Below are positions 1-11,579 of a stretch of DNA of 64,000 nucleotides, piece by piece. Numbering within the stretch: the first letter of the stretch is position 1; each line of letters begins with the position of its first letter. The notes under the pieces were generated by a model. It was not told the origin of the DNA. It saw nothing but the letters and a program-made list of their open reading frames with translations, and did no database searches. The position numbers and the translations under genes were made by a program. Origin of the DNA: Octopus bimaculoides (taxonomy: Eukaryota); contig NC_068988.1 in NCBI RefSeq assembly GCF_001194135.2, positions 3,025,267 through 3,089,266 of the forward strand, in the 5' to 3' direction.

Positions 1-100
1 TACAATTGTTTCCATGCAACATAGTTCTGCTTGTTCCTAAGTATTTGGTTATGCAACCATTTCCCTGCATTGCAGGCCTTGTTGTGTTTCATCAGGTGAT
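1..100 (-). ncRNA. Type I hammerhead ribozyme-like motif (inverted copy, cut by window edge)
   Basis: Minus strand reads ATCAC-CTGATGA(95-89)-long helix II-GAAA(12-9)-CAATT-GTA(3-1); the 3' strand of stem I would lie left of position 1. Confidence 0.55.
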
Positions 101-268
101 ATATGAATGTTGTTTCTGTGTTCTGTAAACTCCATTTTTCAGCTTCGAGTGCATCTTTTTTGTTTGTCAAGGTTTTGTGAGGTAGTAGTAACTACTCTAC
201 GACAGATAGAATGGATGCAGTCGAAGCTAAAAATTTGAGGTTACGGAACACAGAAAAAATATTTATAT

Positions 269-374
269 ATCACCTGATGAAACACAACAAGATCTCACAA
301 TGTAGAGAAACAGTTGCATAACCAAATACTTATGAACATGGAGAACTATATTGCATGGAAACAATTGTAGTGAT
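269..374 (+). ncRNA. Type I hammerhead ribozyme-like motif with about 77-nt helix II
   Basis: Stem I ATCAC(269-273)/GTGAT(370-374); CTGATGA 274-280; GAAA 358-361; palindromic stem III ACAATTGT; GTA triplet 367-369. Confidence 0.65.
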
Positions 375-416
375 TACAAATATATGTTCCCCTGTACTCT
401 TTCTTGTTGATACAAT

Positions 417-426
417 TATATATATA

Positions 427-466
<40 letters not shown>

Positions 467-470
467 CATA
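417..470. repeat. (TA)n microsatellite
   Basis: Direct reading. Confidence 0.95.
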
Positions 471-490
471 TATGAATGCACACACACACA

Positions 491-640
491 ATGGGTTTCT
501 ACACTGTTTCTATCTATTAAATTCCTTCACAAACCACTGGTCATTCAAAGATGCTTGCCCAAGGTGCTGCACAGTAGGACTGAACCCAAAACCACATGGT
601 TGCAAAGTAAACTGCTTAACCACACAGCTATGCCTGCACC
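491..640 (-). mobile_element. tRNA-derived SINE family A, 5' head fragment
   Basis: Reverse complement matches the head of the full copy at 15273 (GCTGTGTGGT..GGGTTCAGTCC..CACCTTGGGCAAG). Confidence 0.8.
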
Positions 641-2101
641 TATCAAATATAAATATAACATAATAAATATAAATAAACACGTAAAAAAAAAAAGAAGTCT
701 TTCTCTTCCACCTAAGAATTGTTCCATGCATGAGAGACATATTTTTGATGTTGTTTTAAAGTCTCCCACCCTTTGCTGTACCATTTCCAATTTACCAAAG
801 ATAGCCAAAGTATTTTGTAACCCTGTGGTATTATGAAGATCTTATGCTTTATTAAATTCCTCATAGTGTTCTACTAAAGATCCTGGTCTCCTGTATAGGA
901 TTTAATAAATCTATTGCTTTGTGCCACCAACATCTTGTCTGGAATTAGGTGTTGATAACAACAACAACGAAAGTAAAATGGGACGAAACACTTTCCTTTA
1001 CCAAATGCTAATTTACAAATATTCATTGGAATTGTTCATTGGGATGTCTCGACTATTCCATTGAAATTCAAGGCAGAAGAATGTATTGCTTATGTAGACT
1101 TTCTACCAGATGAAATATTATCATGGAGTTGATGGCATTGTTAAGAATGGAATGGTTCCTGAAGTGTAAATAGAGGAAACCTTATATATTTCTGTCACAG
1201 CGGAACCATAAATGGAAGCTTACTTTGCAGGAGACTAACATCTTTGAAAGGTATGCAGTATAAGCCATAAATTTGCTAAAGTTCAGTCGGGAGGTTGACA
1301 TCAAGATTTATAGAACGATAAAATAACTAAAGAAAAAAAAAAGTAAAAACAAATTTTGCAGAAAAGATTCAGAAGTGAAGTGATAAATAGTTGTGGTGAG
1401 TAACTTTTGATTAGTTCACTAAAATCACATTTACATTTAACATGATTGCATTAGAGAGATCATTCAAGTCAATACTAAGAATGTTGTAGTTTAGTAGCAT
1501 TACTGATACACCAAATCTGTATACTATTCACAAGGTCACTAAAGGTCACTAAGTTTAGTTGCTGTTTCACAATAACCATTATGCTTAGACAAATGGTAAT
1601 TCAGGTACATTGAGCAGAAAAAAAAAACGGTTTTCAACATAGAAATACACATAAAAAAATCTATAAATAAATAGATATGTGTGTGTGTGTGTGTAAAGAA
1701 AAGAAAATGCTAATCTGAAATGTTTATTTAAAAACTGCTGAAACTTCTCGAAAGACATCAAACCTTCCTTCTGGTTTGAGATTTTCCTTGCTGAATTCAA
1801 AAGTACTTTAGATTTTTTAAAAACATTTTCTTTAAATCTCTCTCTCTGTCTCTCACTTTTTCTTTCTCTCACTCTCTCTTCCCTCACTTCTTTCTTACTT
1901 TTTCTAACCACTTTTTTTTTTACAAAATTTGCATTAATTCTTCCATCCATGCTTTAAAATTTATTAAAAACATGAAAAGCGGATTTTGCGTTACAAACAT
2001 TGGAAGCTAAAATCTAGACTGTTGTTATTAATATAATGAACTTAGAGTCGTGAAGTAGTTGTTTTACTTACCAAACAGTAATGAAATGTGCCTCTTCTTA
2101 C

Positions 2102-2126
2102 AGAATGTGATAGAGTTGGTTAACAT
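2102..2126 (-). CDS. Candidate 25-nt micro-exon ((D)VNQLYHIL or MLTNSITF), gene unknown
   Basis: ttctttgctccctgcAG acceptor and GTAAGA donor; no recognised homology. Confidence 0.15.
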
Positions 2127-2188
2127 CTGCAGGGAGCAAAGAATTCCTAAGAGCTTCAAAATATACCAAAAATGCATTTTTTTTATAA

Positions 2189-2444
2189 AGACTTGTGAGT
2201 GGATTTGGTAGACAAAAACTGAAAGAAGTCCATCGTATGTGTGTGTGTGTGTTTGTCACCCCACCATTGCTGTTGGTGTGCTTACGTCCCCTGTAACTTA
2301 GTGGTTCAGCAAAAGAGACCAAAGGAGACCAGTAAAATAAGTACTAGGCTTACAAAAATAAATCCTGGGGTCAATTCGTTCGACTAAAGGTGGTGCTCCA
2401 GCATGGCCACAGTCAAATGACTGAAACAAATATAAGAATAAAAG
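2189..2444 (+). mobile_element. SINE family A, 5'-truncated
   Basis: Shares body and tail (GAATAAGTACTAGGCTTACA..GGTGCTCCAGCATGGCCACAGTC) with other copies. Confidence 0.85.
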
Positions 2445-2699
2445 ATTCTCGAATATTTAATTGAAAATGAAGGCAGTCATCACCATGTTTACTCTTTCAT
2501 GCTTGCATGGATCTGATGGCATTCTTTGAGGCAAACTTTCTATGGCTGGATGCTCTCGTACTGCCAATCCTCACTTGTTTTGCATGCAAGGTAATATTTC
2601 TCCATGGCCAGACATGTTTCTATGGAACATTGGACATGTACAATGATAATGTTCTTACACAGCAGGCCTGCCACTCAGCCAAGTGGCCCTTCTCTAGAT

Positions 2700-3130
2700 G
2701 AAGTCAAATATGGCTGTATGTGTAGTAGGAATATTATAGAAAATGTGGGAGCTGTTGTCTAGTGTGGGCCTCATTTAATCCTTTTAATGCTCCCTCTTTC
2801 ATACTTGAAGCTGTTTGATACTGAAATTCCTTCTGACCCCAAATAGAAGGGTTAGTTTGGGAAATGTGGTCTGACCTATGTTAATGATAAGCTTTGCCAA
2901 GAGAACTCCACTCCAAATGTAGTGAGATACAGCATTTGGAGTGACCGTGAGGGCACTAGTCAAGTATCACTCATGATTAGAGTTCTGTGATTTGATCTTT
3001 TTCTTGAAATGAGTAGTACTTGAAGGGTAAAATGAGACAAGGTTGGCATGACTTTCAAGACCTCTCTTTATGGAATCAGATTTGGTGTGAGGTGTCTAAG
3101 TTGCATATGGAAGATGCATGGTTTGGGAAG
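2700..3130 (-). mobile_element. CR1/Jockey-like LINE RT C-terminal relic
   Basis: Interrupted minus frame ...KLTLLFGVRRNFS...MRPTLDNSSHIF resembles IRPxLEYCSHIW thumb motif. Confidence 0.55.
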
Positions 3131-4947
3131 TTTATGGTAAAATGAAGGATTATGTCATCTGTATGTGAATGAGTGTTGTTAAATACGACAGCCAGAAGGT
3201 CATTGCTTTATGTCATCTTCGTATGGTGGGTGTTGATATTAGAGTCACAAGCTGTCAGTTCCAGATAATTTCCTCAATTTTTACATTTTTCTGTCGAGTA
3301 GTTTTCTGCCAATTACAATTTTTTTTATTTGAAATATGTATGTGTTTATGTATTCTGGGTACAGAGCTGAGCACATACCGTAGTTATCTCCCTTCTGATC
3401 AGGGCTGATGGCGGTTAAGTTAATGTGAAGTTATTGACATATTGTAAATAGATAGCACAATCAATTCAGCTTATTGACAGGATAAGAACCAAAACCTAAA
3501 AATATGTCAGCCATCTTGCTGATGATGTAAACTCGTATGTTTTCTAGGATATTCAAGCTCAGTCAGTGTCATCACACATATCTGAGAGGATGATGTACGA
3601 AATGAGATATATTTAGTTTTTAGAGGAAATTCCAGGCTTAAAGTTGCATGTTGTTTCCTGTAAAAAAAATATATATACTTGGTTATGTTGTGTAGAAGGG
3701 GAAAAGAGAATTTTGTTGTAAGATTTCATGTTATTTAGTGATGTAATCTTTGAGTTAATGATTTCCTGGATCCTGCAGGTCAATTTGGCCACAACTTAAC
3801 TTCAGTTTATAAAGTGCTAAGCAAATGAGAGACAAATCTTGCTACACCATACATATGAGGTAAAACTTATCGCAAGAATTTTTCAAAGGATTTCTGATGT
3901 CTTCTTCTTCCTGAAGCTACATAAACATAGAATAAAGAAATAAAAGCCCGGAGATACAGCAAATAGCTTGTTGTGGTTAAAAAAAATTGTTTACCAAACA
4001 AGAGTTCAATAACTTATCTAAAATCTTAGAATAGTTGCTCGAAATAAAAATGATATTCTTTCCTACAAAAATGCAGAAACTAAGATCATTAAGAGATGAT
4101 AATGTGATGTTATGCAGTTTAAAATAGTTAAACGGAAGAGAATTAGGATCAGTTACTGATAAAAGCTGAATCTTCACTTCATGAAAATTCACTTTTATAC
4201 TTTCAAGTGAGTTAAAATTTAATTAAAAATTATTCTTTTCTTGACTAACTGCTAAGTCTTTATAGATTTTGAAGAAATCACTTAGTGGGAAATTTTTGCC
4301 TTATTCAAGAATATTATTGTGTGACCCAATCTAAACATAATTTCTAACCTCCACACACCTGGAGCTTTCTCCTTGCTTAACTACATTCGCCAAAGATTAA
4401 TTAAGCCATGAAATATTAGCTTCAAAGTAATTAAAATATATTAGATTGACCACATTGTTAATGATGTTTAATTTACTTCTGTTTAAACATTTTAGGAACT
4501 TTGCTTAAATCAAGAGAGATTAAAATCATTTATTTCTAGCTTTGTGAAACAAATTTCATTCCACTTCGTTGACTAAAAAAGAAGTAAACAATTCATCAAA
4601 TCTCCTACATTATTCTCTCAATGCAAACAGAAAATTTAATTTATAATTCAATAACAATAAGCTGGTGATTTCATCTATATCAACTGCTTACTGTTGTCTC
4701 ATATATTGTGAACTGCATACTGTTGATTGCTCTTATGCCTTTGTGAAATGAGTATCATTTTCAATGCAGAGACACAGTTTGCGCATGGTTTATCTCGTTT
4801 TCCATGTCCCTCAACACAACATAATGTTTATTACAATGACATAACATCACAACTTTATATAATGATGCAAATGCCAGAAAGTGAAAATTAAAGTAGCATC
4901 CCATGATGCAGCATTCTCGAACTGTTGTTGAAAAATAGAAGAAAAAA

Positions 4948-5184
4948 TATTGATTTCTAATTTTTAAACAATGCCAGCAATATTGGAGTGTGGGGACGAG
5001 GGACGAGGGGTGGCTAGTTGATTACATCAACCCCAGTGTTCAAACAGCACTTATTTTTTGGACTCCAAAAGGATGAAAGGCAAAGTCGACCTCAGTAGAA
5101 TTTGATCTCAGAAAGTAAAGACCGATCAAATGCTGCTAAGTACTTTACCCAGCCTGCTAGCGATTCTGACAGCTTTGCCACCTT
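4948..5184 (-). mobile_element. tRNA-derived SINE family B (Deu/Nin-domain-like)
   Basis: Minus strand ..CTACTGAGGTCGACTTTGCCTTTCATCCTTTTGG..; same family at 17876, 21681, 25790, 37441, 61311. Confidence 0.75.
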
Positions 5185-5332
5185 AGAAGCAGAAAATAGA
5201 TGTTATAAAGCATTTTGTTTGGTATTTTATCATTTTTGTCACTGTAAAGATAAAGGATAATATATGTGTGTGTGTATATGTGTAACAATGTATATAGACA
5301 GGCAGAGAAATAAACAGAGAGCTATACACATA

Positions 5333-5387
<55 letters not shown>

Positions 5388-5841
5388 AACACGATTTCTC
5401 AAATGAATGATTGTTGTAAACTCTCTTGCAAATCTGACCGAGTTAGACATTTTGAAAATAAATAATCGTTAGTGTCGATGTGCTGGCATGAATCTTCTAA
5501 CTAGCCAGCTAACCAAATACTTAATCTAGTACAACCAACGGACTCCTATTACTGAGGAGGATAGAGAGTACACGGTTGTTTTAGTCTTTTATCTTCATGG
5601 AACATTTATCCAGTCCGGCAATAAATAGCTGCTGACTACAAAAATAGTATTGATGAAGTGGTTTAGTTTTACAAAGGATTTAAACATACACACAGATGTG
5701 TATGTAAATATTTGGAGAGGTGTATGTAAATTTGTAGCTGGATTGTGTAACGTAAAATTGTAATCTCACTTAAAGGTGTCGTAAACACACAATATTTTCT
5801 TCCTATTATTTTCTGGAATTATTTAAATGCTATTGCTATAG

Positions 5842-6420
5842 GTATGTGTGTATGTATGTATGTATGTATGTATGTATGTATGTATATGTGTGTATGTATG
5901 TATGTATGCGTGTATGTATGTATGTATGTGTGTATGCGTATGTATGTATATCTGTATGTAAGTGTATGCATGTGTATGTGTACATATGTATGTGTATGTA
6001 TGTATATATGTATGTATGTATGTATGTGTACGTATGTGCATGTGTGTATGTATGTGTATGTATGGTGCATATATGTACGTATGTGCATGTATGTATATAT
6101 GCATGTGTGTATGTATGTATGAGTGTGTGTATGCATATATGCATGTGTGTATGTATGTAAGCATGTATGTATACATATGTATGCAAATATGCATATATAA
6201 GTATGTATATGTTTATGTATATGCATGTATATATGAATGCATACATACATATATATAAGTATGTACATGTGTTTAAATGTATATATATATATTTGTTTGT
6301 GTGTGTATATTTGTGTTTATCTATGTGTGTCTGTAAGTGTATATGTAAGTATATATGCATGTGCATCTGTAAGTATACACGTGTGTGTCCCTCCATAAGT
6401 ATGTACTTGGACATGTGTGC
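5842..6420. repeat. Compound (TATG)/(TG)/(TA) microsatellite block
   Basis: Direct reading; explains all ORFs at 5.8-6.5 kb. Confidence 0.95.
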
Positions 6421-6744
6421 ATGTGTATTACTTTGTGATTGATTGCCTCTGAACTCTACATTTGACACAGTTATAAAGCATTTTCTTTGGAACCCATTCC
6501 TTTGAAACACTCAAATCAACAATGACAAAGAGGAAATGCTTGCGACATATACTTCATGATGTAAATGACAACTCTTCAAACTTCATACAAACATTAAGAT
6601 TTGAGAAATGGAATATGCCAAACTCAAAATTCTCTTTAATAGCAAACATTCAAATAGAAAATATGGATATGAATTTTGCATGGCTGTCACTGTAAACTTG
6701 CTATTGAGGTAGGTTGTGAATGGGACCGGAAATATTTAAACTCT

Positions 6745-6821
6745 GAACATACATACACACACACATGCATGCATGCATGCATGTATGTATGTATGTATGT
6801 ATGTATGTATGTGTGTGTGTA

Positions 6822-6862
<41 letters not shown>

Positions 6863-7150
6863 GCAAATATGGAACATGGATTTTAAATGATGAAAAATGA
6901 TGATGATGATGATGTAGATATNNNNNNNNNNNNNNNNNNNNNNNNNNNNNNNNNNNNNNNNNNNNNNNNNNNNATATATATATATATATATATATATAAT
7001 ATACATGATATATATATAATATATATGTATATACATACATACATACATATATATGTATGTATTTGTATATATATATATATGTGCATGTGTAGATAGATAG
7101 ATGCACACATACACATTTTTACACATGTATGTGTGTGTGTGTGTGTGTGT
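6745..7150. repeat. Compound microsatellite with N-gap
   Basis: (TATG)(TG)(TA)(GAT) runs. Confidence 0.95.
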
Positions 7151-7775
7151 ATGTGTCTGTGTGTAATGCTTTAGTTGGGCATGTGTATATATGTGTGCAT
7201 GATGGAATCAATTTCTTGGCCCTTCATGGTCAAACGTATTCTTCAATGACAAGCCCTTAGACTCCCAGGAGACTTCTGCTCATTACAACTGCTGCTCTAT
7301 TCCAAAACTGCCATCATGTCACTGAGACAAGCTGTATTTGTACTTATTTTAAACTTAATTCACCTTCTCTGTTCAGTTCTACTAAAAGATTAACCAAATA
7401 ATTCAGAAGATTAAGTCAACTTCAATTACACTAATCCTCTCTGCAAATCCAAATATTAAAAAAAAAAAATTATTAGGGTTACACCTGATCTATGCAGCTG
7501 ATATGTATAGTAGTAGCCCTATACTATTCAAGGGTGATCTTACCTGCCTTACCTTAGTCAATAATTTCTGAATTAGAAATCAAAATATATCATGGAAGAC
7601 ATTTATGAGTAGAGAAATAGGTGGTGGGGGAGAAAGAGTGAGAAAGAGTGAGAAAGAGAGAGTGAGGGAAAGAGAGAGAGAGGGAGAGAACAAGAAATGT
7701 GTGTCAAAATGGAATATCAAAGGAATAATATAATCCATTTCCTTGTCTCCACCACTTCAAATACTATCCTTGATA

Positions 7776-7996
7776 TACGAGGGGGTATTGAAAAGTTCCT
7801 GGCTTTGGGTAAAAGAAAATACAGGAGGATCAGTTAATTATGATTTTATTCAACATATTCCCTTCTCAGATTCACACACTTATTGCAGGGGTCCTTCAGT
7901 TTTTCTAAGCCCTGTAAAAGAACTCCGAAGGTTGGGCCTCCAGCCAGGCCTTTCGTGATACCCTTAAAGCCAGGAACTTTTCAGCACCCCCTCATA
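7776..7996. mobile_element. Mariner-type MITE
   Basis: TIR TACGAGGGGGTATTGAAAAGTTCCTGGCTTT / AAAGCCAGGAACTTTTCAGCACCCCCTCATA (31 bp, 3 mismatches), TA ends. Confidence 0.85.
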
Positions 7997-9495
7997 TATG
8001 AAACTGACCATCTCTCTTAGCTTCTTCCTTCTCTTCCCTCCAAACCCATTGTTTCTCATTCCTATTACAGCATTCTTCTACATCTTTATTGAAATTCTTT
8101 CAACTCTGCTGGGTCATGCAACAAGTGTTCAGACATCTTTAGACCTGAGTATATAAACTGGAAAATTATTTACTAAACCACAGTCATCATGGATGAGTTG
8201 TCAAGGGAACATCGATGCAAGGATTTGCCCCGATAGAAACAGCAACCAAGTCTTCCTCAAATCATATCCTACTATCCTAAAAAATAAACACACTGGATAA
8301 TGCAGTCCTAAATAAATTGTTTGAATAAAAGATAAGACAGTCATTAGTCTACTTAATCAAGGATGACCTGGGGTTAAACAACATAAGCAATCACTGGATC
8401 AAATAGTTGTTGATATACTACGGTATGAAGTAGATGAAGAATAAACTCATGAAGCTGAACCTTTCAGGTGAAATGACAAAGATCCAAGATACCTGATGCT
8501 TGGCTCTATTCAAGAAGACCTGTACCCCACCGAAGAAGTGTTAGGACCGGTCCCTCTGGTGATGAAAGACACTCATGGCAGTGCCATGTAAAAGCACCCA
8601 GCACTTTCTGTAAAGTGGTTGGCATTAGGAAGGGCATCCATCCATAGAAAACCACGCTAAATCAGACTGGAATCTGATGCAGTACCCATTTTAGAGAGTA
8701 TACTGGGAGCTTTTTAAGTAGCATCAACATGTAAAAAATTTATATTAGTATATGGGATTTTTGTTGGGTTTCAATAATGGATCTCAGCATTTTCAACAAA
8801 GCCAGAAAAACATTCTTGCTTATGTTTTTTGGTTGAAAGTTCTAAAACTGACAAGACGTGTGAAAATCACAAGACCAAGGAGACTCTTCCTATTTCAGCT
8901 CCATTCAAATCAGCTGATTCTGCAATGGTACCCTAACCTTTAACTAGTTTAGTAGCTGATGTCATGCAATCTGTGCAAAATGATTCTTGGACTAAACTTG
9001 ATTTATCTGGATTAGAATATGATGCCATGCCAACTGAAACTAACTATGTATTATCCAATGCAACAGGATAAATAAAAACAGGATTTCTGTGCTTCATGGT
9101 TCAGTAGTAGCCATTCGTTAGAGTTTCCAGTTCTTTACATGGTTACATCTTGTTTCAGTTGCCATGGTTTTTATACCACTCCAAATACTGGTAATCATTT
9201 TAACATTCAAAGATTTACTAACTAACACAATGCTTTGTCAAAAGCAAGGAATTTTAGCAGGAATGATAATTCTATCGCATACAGAAATGCAATGAAATTT
9301 GGGAGAGAAAGTCAGAAAAGCAGGATAACAAATCAGAATACATCTTCAATGGTAGGTGAAGATCAATTGTAAATGATCAATACTAAACACCATACATTAT
9401 GGACAAGAGACAGTTTTTGTACAATAATGAACTTGAGCTTCCTCACCTGTTTCCATAATGACAATCACAATGGATTTTCTGGTCATTTTCCACAG

Positions 9496-9611
9496 TATTT
9501 TCAATGTACTCTCACAAAAGACTCCAAATTAAGAAGAATGCATTTGTCCCTTGGCCTACACAGCAGATTCATTTCCTAAGTCACTGGACAAATGGAATTC
9601 CTGTAAATCAA
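9496..9611 (+). CDS. Candidate internal exon (x)FSMYSHKRLQIKKNAFVPWPTQQIHFLSHWTNGIPVNQ, unknown
   Basis: ggtcattttccacAG acceptor, CAA/GTGAGA donor, one open frame; no recognised homology. Confidence 0.2.
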
Positions 9612-9701
9612 GTGAGATACATTTTAATAAAAGAAACATTCAAAATATAGAAAGACAGTTATAGAAATAGGGATAAAAATATGATTACCATGTTTGTACT
9701 G

Positions 9702-9733
<32 letters not shown>

Positions 9734-9807
9734 ATATGTATTTATATTTATAGTCATATATGTATGTATGTTTGTGTACATGTCATATGTGTATAATTAT
9801 GTGTGTG

Positions 9808-9838
<31 letters not shown>

Positions 9839-10439
9839 ATATATATGTATATATAACAAATTAAAGACAGAAGATGGAATATACAAGAATGTATTATTAA
9901 TAACAACAATTGTTTCAACACATCTAGCATCGACTCCTCCTGTGGGACACTCAACAACTGGTTCAGGAGTATCCGGTGGTGCAGACATATCTTGTTGGGG
10001 GATAAATAACTAAAAAAAAAACTCGTTAAAATGACTGTTCCATAATGCAACTTTTTGTTTTGTAGAGAGTAAAATAGCCAGACAGAGGAAAATTCTTCAT
10101 ATATATAGAAGATTCAAAAATAAAATTGCAGAAGACAAAAAGAGAAACGAACACTTAATCCAGTGAGAAAAGTATAGAAAATAAACGTTAACAGATATGG
10201 ATGTATAAACACCCTTGGGTATGCTGTTAGTGGAGAAATGGATAGAAAAAATGACTGAGGTATACAGAATAGGTGTTAGGATAATTAAGATGAAACTAGT
10301 TATAAGTAACTCAACAGTAATTTCTGCATATACCCCACAGGTGGGGTAAACAGGAGTACAAAAGGACCACTTCTACAAGACCCTTCTATAGATTAAATGC
10401 AACAATGATTGACAGCAACTTTAGTATTTTGGCCGACAA

Positions 10440-11345
10440 CTTCAGAGGTGATGCTGGCCAACACACTAATGACTTCCACAACATCCATGGAGGTTATGGA
10501 GAGGTGCTTGGAGATTTGTGATGTAACTTAACAAACAATTTGGAACACACACTTTAGGAAACCAACCAATCACCCCATCAGTTGTTAATCTGGCATGCAC
10601 ACACAAGTCAGGTACATTACGTTTGCACCAGGAAAACGGACAGAAGGGCTATTTTGAATGCCAACAATTTTTTTGAGAAAGAATGCATTACACAACATAG
10701 ATTAGTGATTGATGACTTCAGAGTCAGAGCTAGGAATTCCCTGAAACGATTGATGACATGGTGAATGAAAGTATGGAAACTAAAAGATCCCGCAAACGGG
10801 AAGAGATTTAGAGAAGTCTAGACATACATAACTGTCGGGAGGCAGCTTTAGATACTTGAAAACTAAATTTTTACGAGTCCTGGCCAAGCTGAAAGTAATA
10901 TGGTGGTGGAACAACGCGATTGATGGGGCAGTAAAGACTGGAAAACTTGGAAGGAAGGTGGTAGTAGAGAGTGTTACTAAATGACCGGAAGGGCAGCTAA
11001 GTAACAAATATGTTTGACTATGTGCAAAGCAGAGAGGAAGAGATTTGTGAATGTCTTGTTACATGAGGATTAGAGGTGTGAGATGTTTAGAATCACAAGA
11101 CAATGTGTAAAAGAGAATCATCATTGCCAGAGAAACAGGAGACAAGAAAATGATGAGCAAGTGGAGAATGCTTGGAATAAAGAGATGCTACCTTATATTG
11201 ACTCTCCAGAAGGACCAGTAATTCAAGTTGGCAGCAGTTTAATAGATAAGGCAATCAAGGAATATGAAGAGAAGGAAAGCTGCAAGCCCATCCGTGATAG
11301 TTGTGGAGATACTCAAAATATCCGGGGAGGTGGTGTACATGATTA
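10440..11345 (+). mobile_element. RTE-clade LINE relic (endonuclease to pre-RT region)
   Basis: Fragments HGGYG, ECITQHRLVIDDF, FRITRQCVKEN, SSLIDKAIK; multiple stops and frameshifts. Confidence 0.8.
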
Positions 11346-11579
11346 CTAGCTGAACATTTCCAACAAAATACTAAAAGATAAAACTGACATAGAAAATATT
11401 ATTTTCGAGTGTCAAAGAAATGAAATAAATTAAATTGAAACAACAAAGTGATATTTCTAAACAATTACATAAAAGTTAAAATAAATTATTGACCAAAACC
11501 AAAACTGAACTAAAGTGAAACATTGCAAACTGAACACCATGTAAAGTGAGAATATTCTGCTTCTTCATACATATCAAAG

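Larger units (their letters stand above)
1..418. mobile_element. Head-to-head inverted repeat element (arms 1-155 and 215-369), probable Penelope-like pLTR/retrozyme pair ending at (TA)n
   Basis: Arms are diverged reverse complements; each carries a hammerhead core; right copy runs into (TA)n at about 418. Confidence 0.6.

Noticed and set aside
1201-1250. Plus-strand candidate exon (RNHKWKLTLQETNIFE or GTINGSLLCRRLTSLK)
   Set aside because: Two open frames, no homology, cannot be linked with confidence
4770-4925. Minus-strand RECCIMGC after a good acceptor, insulin A-chain-like
   Set aside because: Fourth cysteine of CCxxxCx8C is absent and there is no B-chain exon evidence
5819-7126. Many long ORFs rich in H/T/Y/I/C/V/M
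   Set aside because: Translations of (TA)/(TG)/(TATG) microsatellites and N-gaps; same for 16.6-17, 25.1, 27.3, 35.1, 42.2, 43.2, 53, 55.6 and 57.6-58.5 kb
9797-9990. Protein-like MSAPPDTPEPVVECPTGG ORF
   Set aside because: Both strands are open, the ORF runs into microsatellite, there is no donor and no recognised family
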